Assembly: GCA_051453625.1 (NCBI GenBank)
Contig: JBOZIK010000001.1
Span: forward strand, 7,779,715 to 7,819,957
Direction of reading: 5' to 3'
Length of the DNA: 40,243 nt
Origin: Welwitschia mirabilis
Lineage: Eukaryota
The position numbers and the translations under genes were made by a program. A model generated the notes under the pieces. It did not search any database. It was not told where the DNA came from and saw only the letters and a list, made by a program, of their open reading frames with translations. Positions 1-12,711 of the stretch are shown here, piece by piece; the first letter of the stretch is position 1; each line of letters begins with the position of its first letter.

Positions 1-384
1 CATGTAAGCTATCCTCATATAGTTCTCCTAAGGTGTATCCTATGGGTAATTTAGAGGTGATTATATTAATTAAAATCTAATTAATCTATTACAATAATTA
101 ATCATGTCTTATAAGTTAATTTTATTAATATTAAAAAGAGAAAAAAATTTCCCATGTTTTTTAAGTTTCTTAAGTCCAGCCTAAGATCAGGTTATGATAG
201 TAATGTATATGTATTAATGTAATATGTTGACGTATCCTTGAATGAAGAATTGCAACTCTAGTAATAGCCAAAAATGACAGGTGANNNNNNNNNNNNNNNN
301 NNNNNNNNNNNNNNNNNNNNNNNNNNNNNNNNNNNNNNNNNNNNNNNNNNNNNNNNNNNNNNNNNNNNNNNNNNNNNNNNNNNN

Positions 385-1200
385 TATTAGTGTAACCAAC
401 CATTCGACCACAAATTACACACTCCTCTAGTGTGCTTCTAAATGAGATTTTTAAATAATCATTAGATAGAATGTGGTGTTAACCATGTGAGCTATCCTCA
501 TATAGTTCTCCTGAGGTGTATCCTGTGGGTAATTTAGAGGTGGTTATATTAATCACAATCTAATTGATCTACTATAATAATTAATCATGTTTTATAAGTT
601 AATTTTATTAATATTAAAAAGAAAAAAATTTTCCATGTTTTTTCAATTTTTTTAAGTCTAGCCTAAGATCAGATTGTGACAGTAATGTATACGTATTAAT
701 GTAATATGTTGACATATCCTTGAATGAAGAATTGCACCTCTAGCAATAGCCAAAAATGGTAGGTAGCAAAAAGTCCCACAACCAAGGCAACTACATGAAA
801 AATAGGCTGATTTCATATGTAATCATCCTTCACTTTTATATTATAATTCATGATGAAGACCTTTAATGCATATGCATGTAGGCTCACATGGATTACGAAG
901 CCTAATCTTATAAAAGTATAGCATGAATCCCATTACTGGATTAAAAGTTTGACGACTCTTCTACTGCATCATCGGTCTTTTCATATCACACTTAGTCCTC
1001 TCTTTGTTAGTCCTTTTATTATAACTTCAGTTAAGTTTATCTTTGCATCAAATTGAGTTATTTCACTTTCTTGATGATCTTATCAAGGAGGGATGTCCTA
1101 GTGGCCCCCCACCCCTAGGCTTTCCTCTTAGTCATTGTTTCCCTATGCTGATGTATCCTCTATTCCTTTCAAGAATATAGCAGGCAACTTTCCTCCTGGC
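385..1200 (-). pseudogene. Possible highly decayed LINE (L1) ORF1 remnant (DUF4283-like region plus zinc knuckle)
   Basis: Minus-strand translation fragments occur in the order expected for plant L1 ORF1. They are YFYKIRLRN..IKGL (~930-860), a frameshifted LP.HFW-like stretch (~775-750) and EECVICGRMVGY (~430-390), which resembles the CxxCGxxGH knuckle but with imperfect spacing. Many stops and frameshifts; weak. Confidence 0.25.
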
Positions 1201-1649
1201 ATCTGCCACAATATGCTTACTTTGTATTATTTTTTCTTATATAATTTAATCCTACTAGCTTTTCTCTTCAAAAAAAAAAAAAAATAACATATCCTTCTCT
1301 CTGTCTGTGTGTGTGTCTGTATGTGTGTCACTTTTTATAATAGGCTTTTTTTGTCATGCATTCCAGTATCTATTTTGAATAATTTTCTTATGGAATCTTG
1401 AGTCATAATTTTTATTATAGAGGAATTTTTACTTGGATAATAAAGATTTTTAGTTACTTCTCAATATATTTATCTTCTCTTAAATTTTAATTAATTAGAT
1501 TAACTAATATTACTTTTAGCTACTATGGTATGAAAGTAATAATTGACATCACTGTTTCTAGAAACGATCATTAGGAAAGCTTAGGAATTTTCAAAAGTTT
1601 GAGATTAAGATACTTAAGAAGAATTTAAACTTAACAACACATTTAAAAA

Positions 1650-2720
1650 ATGTGCAAAATGTATCCCTTTTTATGATAAGTTATAGATGAAGTTTGTAAA
1701 GGACAAATTTGATATTCTTAAAGTAAGGATTAGGTTGAGATACCCCATCTCTACAAAATTAAATAAATTAATAAATAGATCGAATCTTTAAAAAAGTGTG
1801 ATATATTTAGTATAAATATATTATTGACAATAACAGAAATAAGTCACATGAGATTTTACAGCTAAACACGCCTATACTAGAGTGATGTTAAGATGGATGA
1901 AATTTTAGAATTTTGTTTTTTCTTTTTTATCTTTGGTTTGGATATGGAAAGAAATCTTCTTAACATTTATGAATAATAATTTTTNNNNNNNNNNNNNNNN
2001 NNNNNNNNNNNNNNNNNNNNNNNNNNNNNNNNNNNNNNNNNNNNNNNNNNNNNNNNNNNNNNNNNNNNNNNNNNNNNNNNNNNNTTATGAAGAATAATTT
2101 TTTAGGATAGATAGTTAAGGAGTCATTGATCACATATCACTAATTTTAATTTACTACTTAGTGGTTATATAGATTATGAAAATCTAGAAGTGCATAGCTC
2201 AAATATTTGAGATCTTACTACTCAAAAAAGGAAATAGATTGTATGAACTTTGAAAATCTGAAAAAGCACATACTATAGTAGATTTGGAATCTTCAAAACT
2301 AGTGAAAGCACTTCACGTAGAATAGTAACTAATAAGAAAAGGAATAAAAGTATTTATTTTTTCTCTTTCTTACTTAATTATTGAATGGTCCACAAGTGAT
2401 TAGTGAAAATATTAGTAAACTTTAAAAAATATTAGTAACATATTAGAGGAAAACTAAAATTGGAAGAAATGGTACAGTTCACTTACCATAGAAGCTAAGT
2501 TTAAACAAATGTTTAAAGAAACTTGGAGGAAAATCATTTAAAACTTGTATTATAAGGGACTCCATTAAATGCATATGAGATTTAGTATTGGATTTCCATT
2601 AATAATATATTCTAATAATAGATGAACATCATCATAAGATTATTTGAAGTATAACACTACCTTTGATCATAAGATAAAATAGGGAAATATTAGATGATAT
2701 TGTATATGAATTTTTTACAT
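1650..2720 (+). pseudogene. Probable decayed Myb/SANT-like DNA-binding ORF of a PIF/Harbinger transposon
   Basis: FL**VIDEVCKGQ (1668-1706), KLINRSNL*K (~1765-1795, cf. QLKNR..LKK), *DFTAKHAYT..W (1849-1900, cf. GWD..T..A.DE.W) and DYENL...IF (~2170-2210) follow the Myb/SANT-like domain layout. Heavily interrupted. Confidence 0.45.
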
Positions 2721-4789
2721 CATGAAATTTATTTTTAGTGATTTTAGATATTTTAAAAAAAAGGAATTAGACGAAATTTTACTATTTTTTTCTTTTACCA
2801 TCACATGCCATATCAAATTGCGATAGCTTATGATAGAAAATTTAATATGGTTTATTGTTTTATTGTATGTAGGATAGGGCTAGAAAACTAAACATAACAT
2901 ATTTTGAAATAGCATTATGAGATGATGTCTTATAATAGTGTGATATACTCTAGAATTAAAATAGTTATTTCTAGGATTGTGATATCACAAATTAGTTAAC
3001 TAGTTAAATTTACTATCTCCATATTACATTATAACAAATCATAAGCATGAAATACAAGTAAATTATTTTTTTCTTTGTAGTTATGGTATATATTACAACT
3101 AATCACATTGTGATTTAATAGTATTTTATGGCTTGAATGTAATCACTATTCGTTACATTGTGATGAAACTCACAATGGAAATTTCATTAAATTAAGGCTT
3201 ATTTAATTATTGTATATTTATTATTTAAATTGTGGATATTTATTTTGAGTTTCTAATTTTTTTTCCTTTCTTTATTATTGATCTTTCATTCCACTAAATT
3301 TAAAGGAGATGCTGATCAAGGCATCAAAAGTCATTTGTAATTAATTTGCACTTCGTATAATCATTTATAACTTAGTATAGATTCTAAGATTCTCTTCATG
3401 TGATGTTGTCCTGATTACTTCTTTGATATGAGATTCATTTGTTGATTACACTAGTAAATCTTTTTTACTTGTCAAAATGTACTAATACTATTAATAAAAT
3501 TTTCTATTATTAATTATTTTATATTTCTATATTAAATCAAATTCATAGTTCCTTTATTAATTGATCTTTGCTTATAGTTTTTTATTCAAAGTTATAGTTA
3601 AATTATTAGCTAGAATTATGATTTAAGTTATCAATTATTTAAGTGACAAAATGATAATTGATAACTAGAGTTGTAAAGTTTTTCTTATTATGATTAATTA
3701 TGATCTATTACCTTTAATGAATTTTTGATTAATTTTAATTTTCATATTTTATTATATTTTATTTCTAGGTTTTATGTAAGTATAATTAACACTATAGTAT
3801 GTAATCTCTTATACTGTCTACATTATTTACTATTTAGCTAAAATTCAATAATTTCACGAATATGATCTGAAGGTCTCCATTGCATTATATGTTCCTATTA
3901 TTTAAGCTAATCATGAATTAATAAATAATTACATGTGTAAAACTACAAAATTAATAGCCCAATGCACAAGAATGTTCTAATTGAAGAATCAATCATAAGA
4001 AGAAGGACTAGGATTTGAATACCTAATTTTCCTTGATACATAACTAAAGTTTTATTATGGAATACCTATAAACAATCCTTGTGATAAAGTTTTAATATAT
4101 TCTNNNNNNNNNNNNNNNNNNNNNNNNNNNNNNNNNNNNNNNNNNNNNNNNNNNNNNNNNNNNNNNNNNNNNNNNNNNNNNNNNNNNNNNNNNNNNNNNN
4201 NNNCCTAATACATAACTAAAGTTTAATTATGGAATACCTATAAATAATCCTCGTGATAAAATTATGATATATTCTTTGATAACTTTATATAACACATAAT
4301 TGTTTATAAACTAATCTTTAAATGTAAATATAAAAACCATCTATATTGTAATTTGATAATAAATTTCTCCTCAGACTCCTTATTAAGTTAATACAGCAAG
4401 AAAGATAAGGCTCAAGATGAAAGAGAAGAGGATTAGAAAAATATAAGATTAAAAAAATACCATCTAAATAAGATGACTACATCCACAGTATAATGTTTGA
4501 TAATAAGGATCTAATTCCATTATTAGCAATGTCAAATTATTTATGAGAATTTTCATTTGTAAGTTTAAAGTGATATAGATCTTAGTTTAAAAGGAAATAC
4601 TTAATGATGAAGATTTATAAAAATTCCTAGAATAATTAGTCTATAATCATATATGAATTTTCTAAAGTTAGAAATCAATTGTGATGACATGAAAAATGTT
4701 TTAGCATCTGTTTAAGATGTTTGTTATTTCTTCTCAAAAGCATAAAATGATTTCTATAAGTTTTATATGTCTTTGAAAAATTTATATGT

Positions 4790-5230
4790 TCTTTTCAATA
4801 CCATTTTTTGTATGCATTGGACTACTAAAATAAGAATTCCATAGCTTAAGCACATGTGATTATTAAAGAAACATTTTATTTTCACTAATAAATACCATGT
4901 ATGAGGCTTATCTTAAATAACTAAAGATACCATGTAAAGTATTTGTGAAAGTTATAATCAAAATGATAATAGATAAGAATAATTTTAATACTTGAACATT
5001 TTCAAATTTATAATTAATTATAAATTATGTATAAATAGGATTACAATTGTAATGAATCCAATTAATACACGAAATGATGCTAGCACAGATCCAAAAGATC
5101 ATACCTATTTAACATTAGTAATTATTTTTTTCATCTTGGAGGACCTATTAAATGTAATTATATATGTTTGTAGTGATCCTAATTCATCACTCATGTGGTC
5201 TTAATATAATTTGAAATGGCTAGAATCAAC
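4790..5230 (+). pseudogene. Possible decayed PIF/Harbinger DDE transposase fragment
   Basis: FLYALDY*NKNSIA*AHVIIKETFYFH (4805-4885) resembles the FLY.LGH..NR..Q..F..S.ET....FH block of plant Harbinger transposases. Downstream, INTRNDAS..KDH and LNVIIYVCS..FITHVV loosely match IDGTH and QNV.AVC...FTYV. It lies downstream of the Myb-like relic on the same strand. Confidence 0.35.
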
Positions 5231-7239
5231 TAAGAAAGAAGCTTATGTACAAATATTATAAAAATTAAAGAGAGAATCGTCTACATCAAAAATGTTCGTC
5301 TTCCTATTAAATTGTTTCTTATCTTTAGAATTATTAAAGTATATAGATTTGTATTATTCTCTTTTTCTCTTATCTTCATAGAGTTTTAAATATCTTCATA
5401 TTTTCTATTTTAAATTTTCTTAACCATTTTATATTTGACCAAATGCATAAGTAATATGGAATTTTTTTGAACTAGGAGAAAATAGCTAAAAATAGATGAA
5501 TTTAAATCAAATAATGTAATAAATTTAATTATACTAATTAGAAAAACTAAAGGAAGATTTTGTCATCATGATAGTGCTTTTACTAAAATTTCAATGAGTA
5601 CAGATGCTAAATAATATTAAATCTATAAGTTCTTAAGATATATAAGGATAATAAAGACAAAGTAAATAAACAAATAAAAGTACTAAAAGAGTAAAACAAA
5701 ATATTAATTTATAACTTAAAAAAACAAAACATTGATCTATAACCTAGGAGTTCAAAAAACCTTAGAATAAAGAAAAAAACCTATGGAACAAGAATAAGTC
5801 CTTTAATAATAAAGGGGAAGTTGCCTTAAATAAAGAATAATTCAAATAAAATGTTAAAATGAAATTATACTANNNNNNNNNNNNNNNNNNNNNNNNNNNN
5901 NNNNNNNNNNNNNNNNNNNNNNNNNNNNNNNNNNNNNNNNNNNNNNNNNNNNNNNNNNNNNNNNNNNNNNNNAGTATTATGAAATTATTTTGAAGTAGGA
6001 GAAAATAGCTAAAAATAGATGGATTTAAATCAAATAATGTAATAAATTTAATTAAACTAATGAGATAACAAAAACTAAAGGAAGATTTTCTCATCATGAT
6101 AGTTCTTTTACTAAAATTTTGATGAGTGCAGATGCCAAATAATATTAAATCTATAAGTCCTTAAGATATATAAGGATAATAAAGACAAAGTAGATAAACA
6201 ACTAAAAGTACTAGAAGAGTAAAACAAAATATTAATTTAAAACCTAGAAAAATAAAACATTGATTTCTAACCTAGGAGTTTAAAAAACCTTAGAATAAAG
6301 AAAAAAGGGCTATGGAACAAGAATAAGTCCTTTAATAATAAAGGCCAAGTTGCCTTAAATAAAGAATAATTTAAATAAAATATTAAAATGAAATTATACT
6401 AAAACATTCTTAAAGGATTAAAAAGAAAAAAAATCAATAATTAGTTGTATGTTGTAAACAAGAAATAAAATCAAGTCTATTTTAAGAAAAAAATACATTT
6501 AGTAGAATTATACTCTAAGATCACATAACTAAATAAAGCAAATGCAAAGTTCAAAAAAGTGAAAAGAAAAATACAATTATAAAGTACGAAATTAATAAGG
6601 TTTAAATAATTTCATCATTTATTTTTAAAGCTAAATTATTAGATCTAATAGAGAAAACTATTAGATCATTTAATTCATGTGATTTAAGTAGATCTAGAAT
6701 ATTACAATAAATAACTAATATGATTTGGCTAGGACATGTAACTGATATTTTATAGAAAATATGTAAATATCTTATATTATTTCTCATATTTTGTAACATA
6801 ATCAAATGATATTTTGGTTTAAAGGCATAACACATTATTCTAGTATTAATAAAATACTTATAAAAGTAATTTATAAAAGGTTTTTTATATTAAGAAAATT
6901 ATTTCCATATATTTTTCACATAGTTTAATATATATTTATGTATTAAAAAATAACTTTTTTTCCTTAGTGGTTGAAAGATATAATAATCTTCTAAACAAAC
7001 AAGAAAGAGATTATAATGCTAATTCACAACAATCAGAAATAAAAGAAANNNNNNNNNNNNNNNNNNNNNNNNNNNNNNNNNNNNNNNNNNNNNNNNNNNN
7101 NNNNNNNNNNNNNNNNNNNNNNNNNNNNNNNNNNNNNNNNNNNNNNNNTAGATTATAATGCTAATTCACAATGATCAGAAATAAAAGAAAATATTCAAAC
7201 AAAAAGCTCTAAAGAAAAAGAAGGAAAATCACAAATAAT

Positions 7240-8275
7240 TTTAAACTTAATGCTATGAGTAATAGCATGCTTGAAAGAGGAAGGAAAGGACTTAAAGGTC
7301 TTATTGTTGAAAATGCCTTTATTCTTAAGCTTTTAAGGTTCAAACAAGATGTTATAGTAAACTAAGACACATTTCTACCATTGAAATAAAATACTAGGTT
7401 TACTAAGGCTAATAAGATTTGAGACTTAAAAATGTAATGCCATCTTAGAAAATGACTAGCCATTACCATGTAGAAGTAGCTATTCAACAAGAATCAAAAG
7501 CGTAAGAAAGTGATTCTTATATGCCATAGCCAAGACAAAGGATCACATAACCTATAAAATAAGAATGCATATCATCAAGAGCAAGCCCATTATGAATAAG
7601 TAACCAATCAAAGATGTGAATTTTTAAAAGAATAAAAATCCTTTAATTCTAGGAAAATAGACTCTTTTATAAGTCCTCTAGGAGTTAAGTGTACCAGATT
7701 TTATTCATGTACATGAAGATTGAATTTTTTTCAAAGCATAAATTCTTCATGAAAGTAGCATGCATGTGTCTATAATTGTAATCATTCTCCTAATTAGCAT
7801 GCATGTGTCTATAATTGTCATCATTCTCCTAAGTCCAAAGATTACAATCACTTTAAGCAATTTGAAAGATATGAAGAGAAGTAAGCTGAAAGTTTAGAAG
7901 GTAATAAATAGTTCTTTTATTATTAGACATATGAAATATGCATTAGAATTATAATATCAAATATCTTTAATCTTCGTAATCACTTTTTAATATAAGAAGA
8001 GAGAGGAAATTACTTTTTCCTATTAGAATGCTTTTCTAGTTATTGATCTAAAGAGAATCTACTACTAGAGAAGGATGGATAAGATTTCTTACTAAGATGA
8101 AGAGAAAATTAAATGAAAGAGTCTTATAACACACATCTTCATTACTGATCTCAACTAAGTAATGGGCAAGAAAGACTTGGCCTTGATGAAAGATGTTATT
8201 CATGTCCAAGCCTTCTAGATCTTTAAGATGAATGCATACATCCCAGTAACTCTAATAAAGCCTTTTAGATCTTTC
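7240..8275 (-). mobile_element. Degenerate L1-clade LINE, ORF2 C-terminal fragment (post-RT region and zf-RVT)
   Basis: The minus strand gives WDVCIHLKDLEGLDM..N...FLAH (8245-8165, cf. W..VC.PK..GGLG....N.A.LAK), then KIWYT (~7700). It continues with LLIHNGLALDD...LCLG...ESLSYAFDSC*IATSTW (~7600-7465, zf-RVT-like) and LKNKGIFNNK (~7330-7300, cf. W.ARN..IF). The motifs are in canonical order, with stops and frameshifts. Confidence 0.7.
7756..7832. repeat. 39-bp tandem duplication (2 copies)
   Basis: tagcatgcatgtgtctataattgt(a/c)atcattctcctaa occurs at 7756 and 7795 with one mismatch and no adjacent gap. Confidence 0.9.
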
Positions 8276-8838
8276 TTTAAAAAGAAAAAAAAGAAAAGGA
8301 AAAAATTAAAATAAAAGAAATAGATTTTTATAATATGTAGTAATATATTNNNNNNNNNNNNNNNNNNNNNNNNNNNNNNNNNNNNNNNNNNNNNNNNNNN
8401 NNNNNNNNNNNNNNNNNNNNNNNNNNNNNNNNNNNNNNNNNNNNNNNNNTAGTAATATATTATATATTTCGGTTATGTTAAATTCAAAAATCATTTAGAT
8501 TAAAACTTTTTAAATATTACAATGTCTATCAAATTTAGTAGACCTAACTATCTTAACTGCTGCTTAACAAACTTCATATGCTTTATAAATTAAAAAAACC
8601 TAGTAGGAAATTTAGGTTAAAACATGATTAATAGAAATTTCATCTAGCTAGTCTCATTAATCATGCCACTAATTTGAGCATAGACCATTTGTGTAGTGTT
8701 GGATCAGCTATACGAATCAACTATATGTAATATGTAATAGTATGTAATTTTCTATATTGGTATATGTTATACATTATATATTTCTATTATTATAAATTTT
8801 ATTTTAAAATAAATTAGTTCTAAAATATTATATGTGTA

Positions 8839-8866
8839 TACATACGTACATACATACATACATACA

Positions 8867-8896
<30 letters not shown>
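8839..8896. repeat. (TACA)n tetranucleotide microsatellite
   Basis: Run of tacatacata with one tacg variant. Confidence 0.95.
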
Positions 8897-8897
<1 letters not shown>

Positions 8898-10925
8898 TTC
8901 CAATGATTGAGATCCATAAGTGGGTAAGTCAAAGAAAGAAAGTGTTAGTGAATGCTACTTGAGTAATATACTACATGGCTTTTGACCCTGCCATCTTTGT
9001 ATGGCTTACATCCTCATGTAGTATCACCTTCACATGTCTATTTCATCTCCTCAAATCTTAGATCTATGATAATGAATATATGTAATGATGAATTGAATTA
9101 ATTACATGGCCTTAACTCATATCCCTCTTATTGATAGAATCTAATGAATTTGAAATGATGATAAATATGATAATGACAAAAAACTCATAGACTTAAGAAA
9201 ATGTAATGCATTTGTGAAGGTGTTAGATAAGGGTTACATGAATAAAATTCTAGATTTATCACTAAAGATAATGTTGTAAATATTTTCTTATGAAGTTCTA
9301 TAAGACATTCATTTATGTAGTTCAATACTTTTCTATTCCCAGGTTGATAGTGCCTTATGTTATTTTTTGTATATCTAAATCTATACCTCATTATTTATAA
9401 AGGAGATATTGCTCTTTATCATTTATACATAATTTACATCATAGTAGTTGATGTTTTTTAGAGATCATACTACATTCCAGTATTTGTTTTAGAGATCACA
9501 CCACCTATTACCAAAGTGTTTTTGAATCTAATATTTTTAGCACTTGTGGTTCTACATAATAGAAAACTTTAGCCATTTGTTTCAAGGGTTTTAAGGTTTA
9601 TTTTAAAAAGCTAATAACATGTGTACTCCACAATATTCTTATATCTATGTCTTTGTCATGATAACTTCTAATCTCACTTTGTAAATTCTTCTATTGGAAA
9701 CTTCTACTAATCTATAGTATTTATCTTCAATAGAGACATAGTAATTAGTGTATCATAGTTATTATAAAGTTTCAAATTTTTAATTTTTTAAAAAATCTTA
9801 TCTTGAAGATTTTAATTGTTTTATAAACACATGTGTATTTGGCTAGTAGTTACAAATGTCTAAAATTGCAACTTTATACTTGCTTTAGCATTTGTCCTAT
9901 GTACTTGTATCATGTATTAAGGATTTAACTTACATTTGTGTAGATGTAATACGTTGTTCATTTTTTAGCATGTTTTTAACTTTTAAGTTTTCTTGGGAAA
10001 AACTTACTTTTTATTTTATCAAGTCAAGTTGATATGTAAGGTAACATCTACTTGATTTGATATTTTACTTAAAAGAAATTTTGATTTATGATTTTCATAG
10101 ATTAGGTTAATTTTGGGATGTGGAATAATATCCACTTAATTTACATAAGAAACTAAAGTTCATTTTTTCTTGTATTGGTTTTTTACTTATGCATTTAATA
10201 AACCTAAGTCTTCTAAATTTGTTATTCAAGGTTTAAAATGAAATTATTTGATCCTTTAATTCATTTTTTTCACTAACATTAAGTCTTACTTATTGATAAG
10301 TAGGGAAAGCTATACATTGATAGAGATCTATGCTAAAGTATGTTATCCTCTAAGCTTATTGTATAATCTTTAACTACCATAACTATATAGTTTCGGCCAC
10401 ATAAAAAGTATGTCTTACTTAAGCAAAAATTATCTAGGCATTTTGAAATCTAGAATCATATGCACGTCTTAATTGTTAAGGTGTATTATGTAAATATTAA
10501 AGGCATAGTGTTTAAGCCTATTTAAATTTCATTAAGTAATTGATAGAAAGGCATAAGTATAATAAATTAAAATTTACTAAGTTTGAGGCAGAAGTATATG
10601 ATGAATAATGCATCATAATATTCCTTAATGAGGTATATTCCTAAGGTAAACTAAATTGGCCAATGACGTAAAAGGCCCACCAACATGATTTACACTTTGT
10701 CTTATTACTCTTTTTTAAGATAAGGGTAATTTCTGGAAAGGAAAATAATTACTATTTAGTTTAAGAGAAGTATCTAAAATTAACAAATCTTTTACTTAAT
10801 GATATTAAGAATGTTATGCCCTTGCATTAATATCTACCTATTCAAATAAGGGTTCATAATAAAATTACATATAATATTATTTATACACAATAGTTTTATG
10901 CATTTTGAAGGGTTACTTAAAGTGG

Positions 10926-11250
10926 TTATCACTCTATTATGATTTAGCTAGATTACTTAAATTATAAAAGTAAGTAAGATACCTTTCAAATTAATTATAC
11001 TTCTTCATTCTATTTGATGTATTATCACTTTGTATTACATTATTATGACTTGGATAGATTACTTGAATTATAGAAGAGAGTAAAAGTACTTATAAGTTGA
11101 TCATACCATTTCATTATGATCTCATATTAACATCATTATATATTTGATGAGTGCATTTTTTTGTGATGGATAAGTCTATTAAATTTATGGATGTAAACTA
11201 GATTCCATTGCAAATTGACTATTCTTCATAACTTTTTATCTCTTGTGTTA
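10926..11250. repeat. Degenerate ~106-118 bp tandem repeat (2-3 units)
   Basis: gatttagctagattacttaaattat (10941), gacttggatagattacttgaattat (11047) and a weaker gatggataagtctattaaatttat (11165), with similar downstream sequence. Confidence 0.55.
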
Positions 11251-11877
11251 TTTTCTTTGATAAGCAAAATGTATTAATTTAGAGACAAGATGATAGATAT
11301 TCTTGGAAATTTATTAATGGTAAATTAACTAAGATTATGTATAAATATATTTATTCTCAATATAATAATCTTATGGATGGAATTAAAACAAGTTACAATA
11401 ATAATTTTTTATTCAATAGCATTTTTTCCTCTAATGTTGCTCATAAAGCATCATAATATCATGGATTAAAATCAAAAAAATCTTTAGGAAACTCTTCTAG
11501 TACTAATGTAAAGCATAATTATAAGGAAGGACTTCTTAAAAGCTTTAATAAGCTTTTATTTCTTAACATTACTAGCTATAATTATGTAATAAGCATTACT
11601 AGCTATAATTGAGTAATAAAATAAATTAAAATAATGCTACTCCTAAATTGAGCAATTATTAGTATTCATGTTGTGGATAATAAGAATATACTACTATTAT
11701 TCGTAAAAATCTAGTTTTGATGATTCCACTTGTTAAATATATTATTCCTATTGTGTAGATAAGTTAAATTGGAGAATACCAAATCATGAATAATATCAAT
11801 CCAAGTCAAACCTCAAAGTTAATAGTACACAGAAAGTTTAGCTTAGATTTTATAAATGTTAAATAATAACTGATTAA

Positions 11878-12560
11878 AGACATATACAATTAAAAATGTT
11901 TATGGAAAAGACATCTACCCATTTGAAGATATCTATAGGAAAGATGTCTACTGCATCAAAGATGTCTATGCTGAACTATCCTTCATCACAAAGAAAGATG
12001 TATATCTTAATAAAGATATTTATACTAAAGCAAGGACCTAACATAGGTGAAAGATGTCTATCATGTTAAAGATGTCTATGCTCCTTTGACTATTAGAAGA
12101 AATCCACTTAGTTGAAGACTTATCTACATCCTAGTAAAGTAATTAACTTGTACATCTTAAATTCATAATCATTAAGTGTCATAGAAAATATAGTTTAATT
12201 TTCATTAAAATCTAAGTAGTTTGACCAGAGACATCTTCCATGTTGAAGACATTTGCATGATAGGAGATGTCTATCTTTTTGAAGACATCTATGTCGAAAG
12301 TTTTTAGAAAACAAAATAGCCATTATGTACCCAACACTTTTATCCATTTCTATCCATTATAACATTGTTACATGTTTTAAATGACANNNNNNNNNNNNNN
12401 NNNNNNNNNNNNNNNNNNNNNNNNNNNNNNNNNNNNNNNNNNNNNNNNNNNNNNNNNNNNNNNNNNNNNNNNNNNNNNNNNNNNNNTGACTAGAGACATC
12501 TTCCATCTTGAAGACATTTGCATGATAGGAGATGTCTATCCTTTTGAAGATGTCTATGTT
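11878..12560. promoter_or_regulatory. Cluster of palindromic LTR repeat motifs (AGACGTCT-derived) in the U3 of element A
   Basis: Many aagacatct / aagatgtct / aagatatct variants, e.g. 11908, 11941, 11959, 12051, 12069, 12282. The same cluster is in the 3' LTR (~24850-25315). Confidence 0.7.
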
Positions 12561-12650
12561 AAAAGTTTTTAGAAAACAAAATAGCCATTGTGTACCCAAC
12601 ACTTAGCCATTTCTATCCATTATAACATAGTTACATGTTTTATATGACAT

Positions 12651-12671
12651 ACACACACACACACACACACA

Positions 12672-12711
<40 letters not shown>

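Noticed and set aside
2870..3215. Possible MITE or terminal inverted repeat near ttaaattaaggcttatttaa (~3187-3206)
   Set aside because: No matching second terminus or TSD found; AT-rich near-palindromes arise by chance.
9180..10270. Possible minus-strand Mutator (MULE/SWIM) transposase relic (CNFRHL; IDLDIQKIT..LGI)
   Set aside because: The motifs are too short and degenerate to support by eye; a frameshift-aware HMM search is needed.
11567..11620. 27-bp tandem duplication (cattactagctataatt...)
   Set aside because: Real but trivial slippage duplication with no further structure.
11878..12300. Regularly recurring short palindromic repeats resembling a CRISPR-like array (also 26075-27250)
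   Set aside because: The repeats are 8-12 bp, degenerate and irregularly spaced, and lie inside plant LTRs. There is no repeat-spacer structure and no cas genes.
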